Source: Paraspadella gotoi
Taxonomy: Eukaryota; Animalia; Chaetognatha
Assembly: GCA_051294375.1 (NCBI GenBank)
Contig: CM119263.1
Span: 7,444,640-7,508,639, forward strand
Length of the DNA stretch: 64,000 bases
Direction: 5' to 3'
Part shown: piece by piece, positions 1-14,748 of the stretch
Numbering within the stretch: the stretch's first letter is position 1
Layout of the letters: each line of letters begins with the position of its first letter
Made by a program: the position numbers and the translations under genes
The notes under the pieces: model-generated
Database searches by the model: none
What the model was told of the DNA's origin: nothing
The model's input: only the letters and a program-made list of their open reading frames with translations

Positions 1-172
1 AAGAGCAGCTGGACTTTGCCGCTGCGCTGCCTCAATTTTCTAGCCGCTCCTCCTTTTAGCAGTTTTTTTTTTTCCAAATCCAATTCTGGAGTAGAGGGGG
101 TCAAATCCACAGCAGTACTGCACACATACACACACACAGTGTCCAGTTTATGAGTCTGCCGCCTCTGGGCTC

Positions 173-173
<1 letters not shown>

Positions 174-248
<75 letters not shown>
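174..248. repeat. (GA)n microsatellite; representative of dozens of GA/CT tracts across the window
   Basis: Read directly from sequence. Such tracts explain the ERERER/SLSLSL ORFs. Confidence 0.97.
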
Positions 249-524
249 GACCGTTTCACGAGAGAAAAACAACCCAACGTTCCTCACGAATTCGACCAAT
301 TGTGGCGAAAGGAACCTCGGACCCGTTTCTCCTCTCAGCGGCGGTTTAAAGGCCGAAAGGGTTTCACTCCAATCTTTTACATTAAAACTAGCCTTCACTC
401 GGCCAACTTATGAGGAGGAGGAGGAGCGGGAGGAGGAGGAGGAGAAGAGGATGTTGAAGAGGAAGAGGAAGAGAAACGCTGTTAGATAGAGGGAGAGGAT
501 TTCATTCCACTTTACTGCTTTACT

Positions 525-592
<68 letters not shown>

Positions 593-1350
593 CGGAGGTG
601 CAGCCAAAAAAAGGAGAGAAAGAAAGAATGAAAGAATGAAAGGACCCAAAACCCTTCCTCTTTTCGCTTTGGTCAGTTTTTCACTGCAGTTTGAAATTCG
701 AGGCGGAGTTTTTGAGCCTCGGGTCTGAATTCGAGAGAAGAGAGGAATGCGAAAGGAGGAGGAGGAGGAGGAGGAGGAGGAGAGAGGGAGGGAGGGAGAT
801 GAGGTGGAATGGACAAAGAAAGTATCACAGTAATGTGAACAATAATGTAAAGATTCGTGGAGTTGTTAAGTAAAGCTTCAAATTTTATTTTTCATATTTA
901 AAACATTTCTCAATCAAATCGAAAAATTTTAGAGTTTTTTGAAGTCTAAATTCCGTGAATGTTCAAAATCAAATTATAAAATAAAAAAATCTTATTAGTA
1001 ATATAATTTTAGTTATATTTAGTATTATCATAAGTATATTATATAATATATATATTATTTCGTTTCGACACACTTCATTTATTTTCGCTCCGATTGATTT
1101 TGGTTTTATATTGTGTGTGTGTGTGAGAGAGAAAGAGAGAGAGAGTGAGAGAGAACGAGAGAGACAGAGTTAGCGAAACGGGGTCAAGCCATGGCCAAAG
1201 GGGGAAAAGGAAGAAAGCGAATCCAGGATCGAATTTCTCACTCGCAGATTTCGTGGGAGGGAGGGGGGGGAAGGGAAGTGGATGCGTGGGGGGGGGGATT
1301 AAAAGGGGAAAGGTGAGGATTTGAGGGGGAAAAAGGTAGACTTTTCATCT

Positions 1351-1383
<33 letters not shown>

Positions 1384-1997
1384 GACACAGACGAGATTCG
1401 TGAATTTTTTCCCCCCCTTCTTCCCAGATTTGGGGTTCGGTCAATTTTCTTGAAATTCGAGAGAAACACGCGGCTGCCGCGTTTTTACCCGACGGCTGCT
1501 GCTGATCCGGCCGCGGAGGACCCAGCTGCTGCCGTCGACCTTCGTCGTTATCGTCGTCATCGTTGTTGTTGTTGCGGTTTTTTCATTCTTTGTCCCTTTG
1601 TTTTCCTCGTTTACACAAAGTTTGCGGTGAAAAAATTCCAAATTACGAGTTTGGATCAAAGCTGAGATTAGAGATGACGACGATGACGACGACGACGACC
1701 ACTAACCACTAACCACGTCGACGATGAATGGACCCGGACGATCTTCCATTCGTCCAAAAAGAGGAGGTTACATTTTCCCCTCACCTTCCCCAATTTCCCG
1801 CTCCTTAATTTCCTTTTTTCCTTTTATTTTCTCTTTGATTTTTGTCCTTTTTTTTACGGAAATTTGTCCCTTTTTTTTCTTTTTCGGGGTTTATTTCTGC
1901 CACCGAGTTTTCATGAGGGAAAATGGGCGGCAGTAAAAAGGGAAAGAGAAAATAGGGAAATGAAAATTGATGAGTTTGCGGACGGCGAAGATAAAAC

Positions 1998-1998
<1 letters not shown>

Positions 1999-2028
<30 letters not shown>

Positions 2029-2041
2029 AACGACGACGACG
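1999..2041. repeat. (GAC)n microsatellite
   Basis: Read directly. Similar tracts at ~5189-5238, 17845-17946, 19749-19781 and 63371-63396. Confidence 0.95.
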
Positions 2042-3201
2042 TTACCGTCGCCTTTCTTTTGTATAAAAAGCTCACTTTAATATGAACGAATGGTCGGTCT
2101 GGGGTCTCGCAGCTGAAGAAGTATAATGGCGCTGGTTTTTGCTTAAAAACAGAAAGGGGCAAAAAAAAAAAAAGTAAAAAAAACCCGTCGTCGCTTTTTC
2201 GTTTTTGGTCTTAAGGTTTTTTCTTCCATCCGCGTTAGGAGATGAATTTACGAGCCAAGAATTTAGTGTATCGAGAAGATACTGTATGAAAACAAAATGT
2301 TTTGTGATGGATAACATTTTTATTATCAATATTGTATTTTGTATTTATTCATTAAAATATGTATAAATTATCTAATAAAATAATTTTTATTGTGTCGATT
2401 CGAAATAGCAAGGAAATCTTTAAAAGCAATTGAAGTAGAATTGAAAAAATGAGAAGTATGCTTGTCATAATATAGATTTTCAAAGACCCCAAAATCATAA
2501 CGAGCACTTAAGAAAAGGTTAGCGATTGTTATGGAAGAGTAATACAGAAAGTGTGATGCATAATTACGTCCGCATATCTCGACGGTCGGATAAGTGTGCC
2601 GCACAATGGATGCGCGGAGGCTTAAAAGGTGGAGCAGTAGTTTGGGAATTGCATGGCGAAAGGTTGAGGCTTAAGTTTTCGGATGAGGTGACGCCATTCA
2701 TTCCATTCTTCACTTTTCCTCTCTCTCAACACTTTTTCTTTACGATTTTTCATTATATCGTTTTTTCCCCTTTTTTCTTTTCTTTTTCCTATTTTTCTTT
2801 TTATTTGGTCTGTTTTTTAGTCTTCTTCTTTCCTACTTTGTTTCTTTCTTTGTTTCTTTCCTTCTTTTCTTCTTTCTTTCTCATTTTTCTCTCTTTTTCA
2901 CTCTTCCCTTCTTTTTTTCCCCTTTTCCCTTATTTTTTTCCCCCCATTTTTCTTTTCCTTTTTTTCCCTTTCTCCCTTCCCCGCCTCTCCCCCTCTCCTC
3001 CTTTGCTTTCTATTTAATTGGAGGCCCGACGGTTCTCCTTCTCTTTCTTTCTCTCGATCCTCGATCGTCGCCAAAGGTTAACGAATGGAACCGCGAAAGA
3101 TTCCATCCATTCCCGAAGGTTTTCGATAATTAGCGGAAATTTTTTTTTTTTTTTTTATTATTATTATTAATCCGCCAGTCGTTGTTATCGTCGCCTCGGT
3201 G

Positions 3202-3232
<31 letters not shown>

Positions 3233-3737
3233 GAGTCGGTAATTTGATTGGATTTCTGTTTTAAAGGCCGCTCGGGTGACGACATTGATTTCTCTCCGAT
3301 TCATGAACGAAGGAAGGAAATTCTGGAAGAAGAAAAAAAAAGAAAAATCTCCACAGAATATTTTTTTTTTTTTATAAAGAAAAGGGGATCGTTGCGGTCG
3401 TCGCTCTTTTGTCATTCTTTGCTGAGTCATTTTGTCATTTTGATTCTGCCTTCCTTTTTTTATTAATTTATAACCAGGATTAAGAAAGTGATAATTGTAG
3501 TTTTTAAAAAAATTAAATCCCAAAAATGATAAAAAGTTGCAGAATTCTCCTTCTTCCTCGATTTTATAAAGAAACGTAGAGATACGAGAAAAGTGATTTA
3601 AGTCCCCGACACTTAAAGGACTTAAAATTTAAAACGACAACGAAACTGCTGAAAGTGACCTTGAAGATGTAAAGAAAAAAATACTTTTTATATGAAATAT
3701 GAACTCATGAAATCATCAAAAAATAAACAGCGATCCA

Positions 3738-3957
3738 GATACTCTTAAATACCCTCAAATGCCCTCAAATACCTTCAAATGCCCTCAAATACCTTCAAAT
3801 AACTTCAAATACCTTTAAATATCTTAAAATGCCCTCAAATGCCCTCAATACCTTCAAATGCACTCAAATACCCTTAAATACCTTCAAATACCCTCAAATA
3901 CCCTTAAATACCTTAAGATGCTCTCAAATGCCCTCTCATGCCCTCAAATACCTCAAC
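3738..3957. repeat. 10-bp tandem minisatellite, consensus AAATACCCTC/AAATGCCCTC, about 22 units
   Basis: Visible 10-nt periodicity (accctcaaat gccctcaaat accttcaaat...). Confidence 0.93.
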
Positions 3958-4142
3958 TACCGTCAGATGCCATCTACCAGAAAGATCTCTCGATGTTTTT
4001 GTTCAGAAATCGATTCGCCTAATGAACCTTTTTTTTCTTAAGCGATTAATATTAACGCAGCAAAATGTTATATATATGATATAATCGTCTCATCCAGAAG
4101 GAAATATAATGTCGCTCATTGGCTCCGGGAAAATAACTTCGC

Positions 4143-4192
<50 letters not shown>

Positions 4193-5187
4193 ATTTTTAA
4201 TATGTTTCTTTCTTTTTCCTTCTTCCTTTCAGTTATTATTATTTTTTATTAATGTCATTTCTTATTGATTTCCCTGCGCAATCAACCGGTTGATGAGACT
4301 TTTCTTCTCTCTCCTTATTTTTGAAGATTCGGCGTCGGAAGGAAGAGGGCGTGGCATGGAGAAACGACGACGACAACGACAATAGCGACCAGGACAAAGA
4401 TGTAAGCAACGACATTCGAGCTCGCAATGAGAGCGTAACAGAAAATGACCTTTAATGCATTTAATCTGGTTGCAGAGACGAAGAAACATTTCTGACTATG
4501 ACAGAGGTGACGCTGACTTTGGAAACGACATTGACGCCTCGAACGATGACAGGGACGACAAGGACAAACACTAAATAAAGACATCAGGATCGTCATTCTT
4601 TTCAAGACTTTGGGTTTTCTCTCCCCGATACTTTCGTCGAGTTTGTCCTGACTTCCTCTCAGAAAAACCAACCTGCGCATCATTAAGGCCAACATCACGA
4701 CAAACAAAAGGCCTTCTTGCCAAAAAAAAAAACAAAAGGCCAATATAAAAACATTTTGATTTTTCCTTAACAAATTATTTTCTATCATTGACGGTTGACT
4801 TCCCAACTTTTAAAACTCACAAAAACACGAATTTACACCGTTGACTGGGTAAGTTAATTTGCCGATCGTTTTAATTTGTTTTGTCAGTTTGTGTACAAAT
4901 GTGGAATTTAAAATTTAGAAGTGAGGTTATAAAACAATTGTAAATATATACAAAAACACACATTTAATTCCAACTCCGTTTTGATAATTCCTACGAATCC
5001 TTTCGATCTAAAAAGTTGAATGATAAACCGGTGGAGATTCGCTGTCACAATTTCGGTGATAAACTTTGACCCTCGGCGCGGAAGTCGTCGTTCCCGTTCT
5101 TGTCGATCACGTCTTTTCCAAGATGAAATTCAATAGTCGACTCGTCGGTGTCAAGGAAGACCACGACGTGAAAACCCGTTTCAATAA

Positions 5188-5232
<45 letters not shown>

Positions 5233-5337
5233 GTCGTCATCTATTTCGTCTTCACCTGTTACGGTCCAGAGTCGACGTCCGAAATGACGACCTTGAACCA
5301 ATTATTATTTTCGAGGTCGTCTCTGTCTCTGTCTGTT

Positions 5338-5455
<118 letters not shown>

Positions 5456-5876
5456 GACGTTTTAAGCTTTCAAACATGCGATCACGTGATTCTATGGCTA
5501 CTAAAATCTCGGGGTCAGGGATGCGATCAGATGATCACGAAAAAATATTCAGCTCTTGATGTCGAACGAGTTATCATTTAGTTAAAAAATAACTAATGAG
5601 AGAATCCCATAATTATATGTTTTGTTTAATTAAATGTATCACCAAATAATTGTATGTATATTTAAAAAAGCAATGCCCTCGCTTTTAGTGTGGAGTAGAT
5701 CGTCGCGGTTGCAAGGGCTCATGTCGAGGGCGCGAACGATTAGGGGAAGAGCGGGAGAAAAATGAGACACTTTCGATTCAAATTTTGTGAAAGAAAGTGA
5801 CATACGAAGCGCTTAAATGAAGACGGATCTAAAACTGAGAGAGAAGGGAGAGAGAGAGAGAGAACAGAGAGAGAGA

Positions 5877-5961
<85 letters not shown>

Positions 5962-7438
5962 AAGAAAGATAGACACATTCACAAAAAAGACAGACAGAAA
6001 CAGACAGACTCAAATACACACAGAGAGGGGATTTATAAAATTTGAAAAAAAGTTCCTTAAATTTCCCAGCGACGATGACGGTTTCCGGCGTCACGTTCCG
6101 GCGTCGTTTTCCGGCGTCTCTTCCCGGCGTCGTTTCTCGGCGTCCCTTCCTTGAATCGATTCTCCTCCGGTGGCGGAAAAGAATCTTGCCGGTTAATTTG
6201 CTTTATGAGAAAATCGTTCTTGATTCTCTGCAATGCGACGACCGGCTGCCACTTGTCTTACTTTCAGTCTCTCTATTTTTTTTTTTGTCTCTCTCATATA
6301 TTTTTTAATTCATCCTTCATTTTTTAAAAAAATATTTTCCACTATTTTTCTGTTTCTCTTTTTTGACTCTTCCTTTAATTTTGTTTTCTCCTTATCCTTT
6401 CATACTTGTTAGTATCCGACTTCCCCTTTCCCAATTTCTTTTTTCTCTCTTCTCTCGCCTTAACCACCCTTTTCCCTTTGGCGTCGGGTTACGCCCACTT
6501 CCTTCTTTTCTCGCGTCTCCATTCAGATCCTCTTTGTCGTTTTCGATTACATCCTCCACGGATGTAGTAGTATTCATTTACACAAACCGAAAAAAGAAAT
6601 CTAGATCGATGAGAGAAAAAAAAACAAGAGAAACGAAACGCGTATTACGAAAATTTTCTCCACGCGTAACGTCAACCGTCAGATTACGCTTTTTCGGCCG
6701 ACGAACGGCGCACGCGCATTGTCAACGCCCGTACTCGCGAGCGAGTCGAACAAAAGAACAATGAGCGAAACGACGGGCAAATTTTTATTTGGGAAAAAAA
6801 AGGAGAAATCATGCCTGCTCGTATATACTAACTCTCGCGTGCATTGATGTTCGCACGCAGATGCTCATTTTCCAGTCAGAATTTGTGTTTCCTTGTCTTT
6901 TTTTTTTTTGGGCGTCGATCCGGGTGACAATGACCGGACAAAAGGCTGACGATAGGAGACAAAAAAGGTGCGCGTACGTCATGGCACACGAAGCGCCACA
7001 TGTACGAACAGGGAATGAACGAAAGAAACAGGGGGGGGCAATCCCATCTACAATTGACAATTGACAATCTACCATTGACTGTCAACGGCATCGTTTCGAC
7101 GCTATTTAGGATCGCGTACGCCGTACGACGGCTGTACGAGTCTTTTCTTTTCTTGCTTGGATTTGGTTCCGACGAGATCGCGTACTACGAAGAAGACAAA
7201 ACATTTTTTCTTCTTTTTACGATTTCTCATTTCCTAATCAGTAAGGAACTACCGAAAGTCTTACTACGTCCGTCTCTATCTCTCTCTCTCTCGCTCTCTC
7301 TCTCTCCTCACCAGTAAGGCAAGAAAAGGTTTACATCTTGGTTATTATAACCGAATTGTTCTTTTTTTCCTATCGTCTTCGTCGTCGTCATTGTCGTCTT
7401 TGTAAACTGGATTCTCCGTCGTAAATGCAATTCGAGAC

Positions 7439-7753
7439 TCAGAGAGAGGGAGAGCGAGAGGCAGCGTCTTCAGTGTCCAGCGCCTTCCCGCGTCTCGCTG
7501 CGGCGTCCCGCGTTCGCTGATTCGCGCTGCCGCTGAAAGAGAATCGCTTTGAAATAAAACTGACCATTTTTGGACGACAAGGCTCGAAAAAGCTGCCTCG
7601 TTTATTCCTGTGACTGTTTGCCATGAAGGCCGCTGCTCCGCCGCTTTTTTCCTTCGGCGCGTCGTCCTCCTCGTCGTCGTTTTCGTCGTCATCTGTGAAC
7701 CAAAAAAAATGCTGCGGCGAAGCTGCGGCCAGCGGCGACTGCGGCGCGGATTT
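7439..7753 (-). CDS. Candidate terminal coding exon of an unidentified gene (KSAPQSPLAAASPQHFFWFTDDDENDDEEDDAPKEK...KRGSFF...KRFSFSG...SRSPSL*)
   Basis: Strong minus-strand acceptor (tttctttctttcctatttcAG, AG at 7755-7754), then a stop-free GC-rich frame of 105 codons including the TGA at 7441-7439. This extends track ORF 7439..7624. A second acceptor (ttttttggttcacAG) ends at 7693. No recognisable domain. Confidence 0.4.
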   Translation of the reverse strand, partial: KSAPQSPLAAASPQHFFWFTDDDENDDEEDDAPKEKSGGAAAFMANSHRNKRGSFFEPCRPKMVSFISKRFSFSGSANQRTRDAAARRGKALDTEDAASRSPSL

Positions 7754-8270
7754 CTGAAATAGGAAAGAAAGAAAGAAAGAGAAAAAAAAAGAAAATTTCG
7801 AAGATAGAGAATAAAAAAGGGTTCTTTTTTTTTTCAGTGGCCAGTCCTTTTCAGCAAAAACCTTCCTCCCCTTTAGACTTTCAATGTTTTTTTACCATCT
7901 TTTTTTTCCCCGGCTATTTTTCTATTTTTTTTTTCTCCTATATTTTTCTATTTCTTTTTCTAAAACCATTCTTGGTGGACGTAACAAGGTTAGAAAAGAA
8001 AGAAAGGTCAAAGACCTTTTAGCCGACACTTAATTGTCAGTTTTTAAAAAAGGTTTAACTTTAAAGATCCGCGATTGAAACATCGCGGGATTGATGAGCG
8101 GGGTGTCTCCAAAATCATTTTCTTTTTTTTCTTTTCACCGACGTCAACGCCGATCGCCGTTGGTCGTCTTCGTCGTTCGTCCTTCGTTCGTTCGTCGTTC
8201 GTCGATCCAGTCGCTTTCGTCCTTGGACGATTGTGATTTGTGGAGCGATTTCTTTGGATGAGTTGTTCTC

Positions 8271-8340
8271 GATCACGTGACCGCGTTCGACTCGGAGTTC
8301 ACGTGACCATCGAACGCGCGTGATGGTCACGTGACCGGTC
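8271..8340. promoter_or_regulatory. Cluster of three TCACGTGA E-boxes
   Basis: TCACGTGA at 8273, 8299 and 8327 in CpG-rich sequence. Function is inferred only. Confidence 0.4.
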
Positions 8341-9048
8341 AGGCCCTTTTTTTTTTCTTCTTTTTTTTTTTTATCGCGCGACCGAAAAATGCGACTCATG
8401 CATCGCGAGAGCGCGAAGCCCGAAGCGCGCGTCCTCATACGTCACGGACGGACCTACATTTTGACCCCCGCGCCCCGGTGACCTCTCCCTCTCTTTCGTG
8501 AGTCGATCCTCCTCCTCACTGACCTTTTTTCCACTGCTTTCCCTTCCCCTCCCCCAGCGCCCCCCCTCTTGTTGACCTCGTCCACTCTTCCCAACCCGTT
8601 CCCCTTCCCCTCCCCTTTCCACTTCCCCTTCCCCTTCCCCTCCCCTGCCAAATCCCCTCTTCCTTCGAGGAGGACGATCGGTTTTTTTCTGATCCGAATT
8701 ATGATCGTATTTCCTACTTTTCCTATTTTTGTGTCTCGTCGTTATCGTCGTCGTCGTTATCGTCGTCGTCGTTGTCATTATCGTCGTCGCTTTCATTTGT
8801 CGTTGTTGTTGTCGTCTCTTCTTCGCTGCTTTCCCCTGTTTTAAAATTCCGCTTCAACGAATCAAGAGAAGCGAAAGAAAAGCTTCTATTTTCTTTTCTT
8901 TTTCTTTTTTTATTTATTTTCTTTTTCTTATTTATTTCTTTTTTTCTGAAAATTCTTAAAAGAGTCTTTAAGTGGTTCCTTCCGATCGATTGCCCTTTTG
9001 TTGTGCGAGCATTTTCACCCCCCCTTCTGAGCAAGTGACAATCTCTCT

Positions 9049-9100
<52 letters not shown>

Positions 9101-9481
9101 CTCCTCTCTCTCTCTCTTTCTTTCTTTCCTTCTCTTCTTTCCTTCTCTTCTCTTTCTTTCTTTCTCTGTTCTTTCTTTCTCTCTATTTATTCCCTTTTTT
9201 ATTGTCCTCCATAAATAAAAAAAAAAACTCAATACGACTGGATTGTCTCATCCTCATTGCGCTTTGTTTCGATGTCAAGGCAAATGTCAAAGGTTTGAGT
9301 GTGATCCTTCCAACTCTCCTTCAATTTATAAGCTATTTAACAATTCAGTTTCCTAAAATACTTTGCATATTTTGATTCTTCCCTGCTCGTCTTTAAAATC
9401 GTTTCATACTGTACTGCAAGGGATGAAACTCTGTCTCTCTCTCTCTCTTCTGCTCATCGCCTCTCATCTCTCCTCCTCTCT

Positions 9482-9533
<52 letters not shown>

Positions 9534-10372
9534 CTAAACCCTCGATTCCAATTCATCTTTGCTAATGGCATTTTTTTTCTGCGGGCGTCCGTGGCGAGAG
9601 ACGAGGGGGATATTATTACACCCACTTGTTTCTGCAAACTCGTTTCCAAATGTCTTTGCATATCTCGTCGAGGGATGTTGCAGTTTTTTGCAGTTTCTTG
9701 CAAGTAGCCCCTTGATATTTCGCTATTTTGTCTCCGCTGTTTTCCAAAGTGGAAAATGGAAAATGGAAAATTCCAATAATTTTTTTTTGTAATATTTATG
9801 AATATGCTATTATTAGTTGGCTGGATATTTTGTTCTCTTTCTCTCCGTCTCTCTCTTTTTCCCCTGTTTCTCTCTCTCCCTCTCTATCAAACTCTCCCAC
9901 TTTTTTCTGACCATTTGGAGGATTGAGTTTCAGAAGACTTGAGTTGATGCAACTTCGAGAATCCAGATGACGTTGGAAAGAACAAACAATAATAATAAAT
10001 TTATTATATTTTATACATATTATATTTATTTAAACCAGAGAATATAATTTTCTCAACTTGTTTATAACAATACAAAGAAATTCATCCGCTAATTACATTA
10101 CTTTACTATACTTTACATTACGTTGCATTAAAAGTTTTATTATGAAAACGTACAGATTTTTCACGAACAATATTTAGTTAAATGTTTTATTAAAACGAAA
10201 TAAAAAGAACTACATTGAGTTGAGTTAGGGCCGGATTCGCTGGATTCGCCGGATTCGGTCGCCGGATTCGGTCGCCGGTGGCCGGAATTTCGACTCTCGA
10301 CTCTTTTTTTCGATTTCGGTCAGTTAAATGGGATTTCGTCCAACTCGGGATTCGGGACTGGTCAGCAAAATT

Positions 10373-10489
<117 letters not shown>

Positions 10490-10927
10490 TTTCAGATAAG
10501 GGATGGTCCTTTATTGCTTGCTCGCCAGTTTGGAGAGCATGTTGTCATTTTTTTAAACTGGACAAAGTTTCACATTAATATATAGATGCTCCGAGAGGGC
10601 CCAAATGAAAAGGACATCAGCTCATCGTTATCGGCACCTCTTTTTACGTTCGTTGTCTCATTCGTCATGTTTTATGTTCCATGTCTCATTCGTCATGTTT
10701 TATGTTCCATGCCTCGAACGAATACACTGTCTTCCTTTTATTATTATCTTTAAAGAGGAAATGCGAGAATGGGCGGAGGTCCCTCGATTTATCTGTTACA
10801 CCGAATACAACCCCCCCCTCCTCTTACGCCCTCGTCGCTTTTATTTTTCTTTCTCAACGAAGCTTTTCATTATTCATCGCGTTTTTGGCGAAAGAAATTC
10901 TCTCTCTCTCCTCTCTCTCTCTCTCTC

Positions 10928-10968
<41 letters not shown>

Positions 10969-12149
10969 TCTCTCTCTCTCTCTTCTCTCTCTCCTTCTAC
11001 TCTCTCTTCTCCTCTATCTCTAAAATTGCTTCGGAAAAAGAAATTTTCCTCAGACTCGAATTCCTAGATGATGGTTTTTCTGGAACCATTTAAAGGTTCT
11101 AAAAGCCTCCAGTTTTTTTTTTCTCTCTCTCTCTTTTTCCTTTCTATTTCCTTCCCTTTTTTTTCCTTATTTCCTTATTTTCCATCGAAGAAGCGTTTTT
11201 ATTGCGCCGTTGGAAGCCATTTTTACTTCGCCCCTCCGAAAGTCTGACCATTTTTATTTCTCTTTGAAAACCGGCGACGGCAGCGGCGGCCCGTTTTTCT
11301 CCACTACTGGCAACAAAGAGCTAAGCTGCGTCCATAACCCTTTTACTGCGGCGGCGGAGGCGGCGGCGGCCGCGCCGTACTCCGCTCTATCCCCTTTCAG
11401 TCGCCTCCTTCTCTCACCACCTCCCCACCCCCCCTCTTTCCCCTCTCTTCATTATTTCGAGGAATCGTAGAACATTTGAGTCGAAACAAAAATCGTGGAA
11501 TATTAGAGTTTTATTCTTTTGAGGCTTCGAAATGATCTGTCACGATTTGGAGTCGGAGTTGTCACATTTTCCCCCTTTTTGGGGGGGGGGCGGCGGGAAG
11601 TGAGGCGGAGTGACAGTGCGCAGAGTACGGCGTGAAAAGTGTTGACAAAACGTCGTTGATTGACTTAAGGTGAGAGGAAAAGAAAAAGTGGGAGGCGGCG
11701 AATCGGGATTTTCTGCGTGAGTCCTCACGCGTGACGCTGAAGCGGTCGACCGGTTCCGTTGGGGTCCTCCCTCTAGCTTTTTTTTGGGGGGAGGGGGGGG
11801 CAGAAGCTACTAAAGAATCGGCCTTGACTCGGAAAACGTTTGGATATGTTTAAAATATAATTGTCAATTGAATAGACTGGACTGTAAATGTGAATAGACT
11901 GGACTGTAAATGTGTTTTATTTTCTTTTATTATTTCCTTCTTTGTCTTCACTAATCCCAGTTGTTGGTCGCAATTTTCTTTTGTTTTTTTCAAGCGTCAT
12001 TTTGAGGGGCAACGCTCGATCGGAAATTTATCACTCCTACATGGTTAATGAAATAAACCTAAAAGAAAGTCAACCAATCAGATATAATAATGATAGTTTT
12101 AGAAACTGTCTTATTAGAGAGGATAAAAAAGCGACGTATCGTTAGGGAT

Positions 12150-12472
12150 GAAAAAACAAGATCGGTTCATCCAATGTGTTGTGCCACAGTGACTCTATTT
12201 TCACGTTTATTTCCCTTTAATCACAAGATATGATATGACATGACATTACATGACATGACTAAAAAACTTTCATAGCCCGTATATTTATTACATGCACTGC
12301 ATCGAAATTCCATTTTGATTCATTATAGTTTTAAGATTTCCTAAAATGAGCAACCAAATATAGACGAATTATATGCATTTTTAACGTAAGTGGGACAGAC
12401 TGACGGACAGACATACCGACCGACAGACTGACCGAAAAGTGATTTATCGAGTACTCGCGAAGCAACTAAAAA
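12150..12472 (-). mobile_element. Degenerate HINE/DINE-1-like non-autonomous repeat in reverse orientation
   Basis: GACAGAC/GACGGAC (reverse GTCY) microsatellite at ~12394-12434, followed by aaaagtgatttatcgag...actaaaaa. This is the reverse of the 5' organisation seen at 18179 and 29030. The left boundary is uncertain. Confidence 0.35.
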
Positions 12473-12979
12473 CGCAACAATAATACTCTTCCGTTAAAAT
12501 TACGATTCGGATTTTATTTCGTTTAATTCTCCCTTCGTTATTATCGGACTGTACTGTAGGCGAAAAAAAGATCGATGAGGGAGAAAAAAGGGCGGGAGAT
12601 TTTGAATCAGCGAAGTCCCCTTTTTACAAGATTCGTTCTAAAGTACATACTTTTAGTTAACTAACATCTATGTACAGCTCGTTCAAAATCCTATTTCTTG
12701 ATTGTAAATGTCTTTGAATCGTATTATGAGTGTAATGAATCAAATCAAATCTTATCCTTTTCATTCTGTCCCTATCAAACGCCACAATTTTCTTGCTACC
12801 ACTTTCCCACTCCTCATCCCACGCCGATTCTTCCTCACCCCTCTCCCCACTCCCCTCCCCCTCTCCCTCGCTGCCCCGCTCCCACATCTTCACGTCTTAT
12901 TAATATTATTGTAGCCCCGAATCTTTCGCGGGGATTTTAATTATTTTTCGATTCATTTCTCATTTCTCTGAGTGCGAAG

Positions 12980-13051
<72 letters not shown>

Positions 13052-13332
13052 GAGGAAGGAAGAGATTTTAAATCAAGGCGCGTAAAACGAAACGTCCACG
13101 AACTAAATTCAGTTTTGCTTTTCGCTTTTCGATTCATTTTCTTTTCATTTTCTTTTCATTTTCTCTCTCGAATGAGTTTTTCGCCCATTCCGTCGAGGTG
13201 GCGCAATCGCAATTTCGTTTCCCCGTCCACCATGCCAACACCATGCCATTTTTTCCAGTCTTTTCACCACATTCAAATTTCACTATGCTTTAGTAGTTTT
13301 TCTTACCGACCCGCCCTGGTCTCTATCTCCTC

Positions 13333-13440
<108 letters not shown>

Positions 13441-14498
13441 TTCTCACTTTGTCTTTTCTCCCTAATGAAATTTTCTCTCGCCATAAATTTTCCCTTATTT
13501 TCTTCTCATTTCTACGAAATTTCTTTTTTTCGAGTCCTTGGTCAGAAAATAGATGAAAATAAACTAAAAAAAGAATTAATGACACAAAAAGTTGTGGTTG
13601 TTGTTTCTGTAGGCCTTGTCGTCGTCGTTGTCGTCGTCGTTGTCTTCGTCTACCAGTTCCGCTTCACGTGTCTTCCTTTGTCCTGTAACCTTGAAAAAAA
13701 ACAGTGGTTTTTTACTGAAAAAAAAAAATAGGGAGAAAATAAGAAAAAGGAGATAAATTTTTTTTGTTCCTTTTTTCTTTTAGTTTGTTCCTTCCCTTTT
13801 TCTCACCTCGAAGGTAGAGATTTTAAAAAACCCCTTTGTTTTCTTTTGTTTTCCCTTCTTTTCCTTTGTGTTCTTTTGTTCGAACCAAAATGCGGGAAAC
13901 GAGTTTTTAAGTTTTTCTTTAAACACAACGCCGTCGTCTTCGGGGAGCCAGAAATATGGGCTCGCTTGCACAATGAAATAACGCCTTAANNNNNNNNNNN
14001 NNNNNNNNNNNNNNNNNNNNNNNNNNNNNNNNNNNNNNNNNNNNNNNNNNNNNNNNNNNNNNNNNNNNNNNNNNNNNNNNNNNNNNNNNNNNNNNNNNNN
14101 NNNNNNNNNNNNNNNNNNNNNNNNNNTGAGACAGAAGAGAAGAGAGAAAAGAAACGAGGAAGGAAAATATTTAAAAAAAAATAAACAGCAAAAAAATTGA
14201 TAATAAATTAAGTTAACATAACCACAAAAAAAAAGCAAAAAAAAAAAACGTAATAAAAGTTTTTATTTAAAATAGACATTGTGTGTTTAGAAAAAGCTTG
14301 ATGAAAAACTCGTACAAGGTCGAAACTTGTTCGTTTCTTTTAATTAATGAAAAATCGTTGTTGATATAAAATATTCAAACTGTTTCTAAATATTTAAAAG
14401 TTAAAAAAATTTACTTGATGAAAAACTACATCTCGTCGAGCAGATTAGTTCTACATTTTTTTTCTTCTGTTGCGATTTTTGTAGAGATAGTTTTCCAA

Positions 14499-14557
<59 letters not shown>

Positions 14558-14667
14558 CTCTTCCTCTCTCTCTCGTCTCTCTCTCTCTCTCTTTTTTTTT
14601 CTTTCTCTCTCTCTCAACTCGATCTGGCACTAGCAGAAAACAAAAAACTGGAATAGAACGAAACAAA

Positions 14668-14748
<81 letters not shown>

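Noticed and set aside
4327-4455. Possible plus-strand exon IRRRKEEG...TENDL*
   Set aside because: Weak acceptor, partly GAC repeat, and no other support.
10511-10520. TTATTGCTTG, matching the 5' end of miR-137
   Set aside because: The match stops after 10 nt and there is no hairpin.
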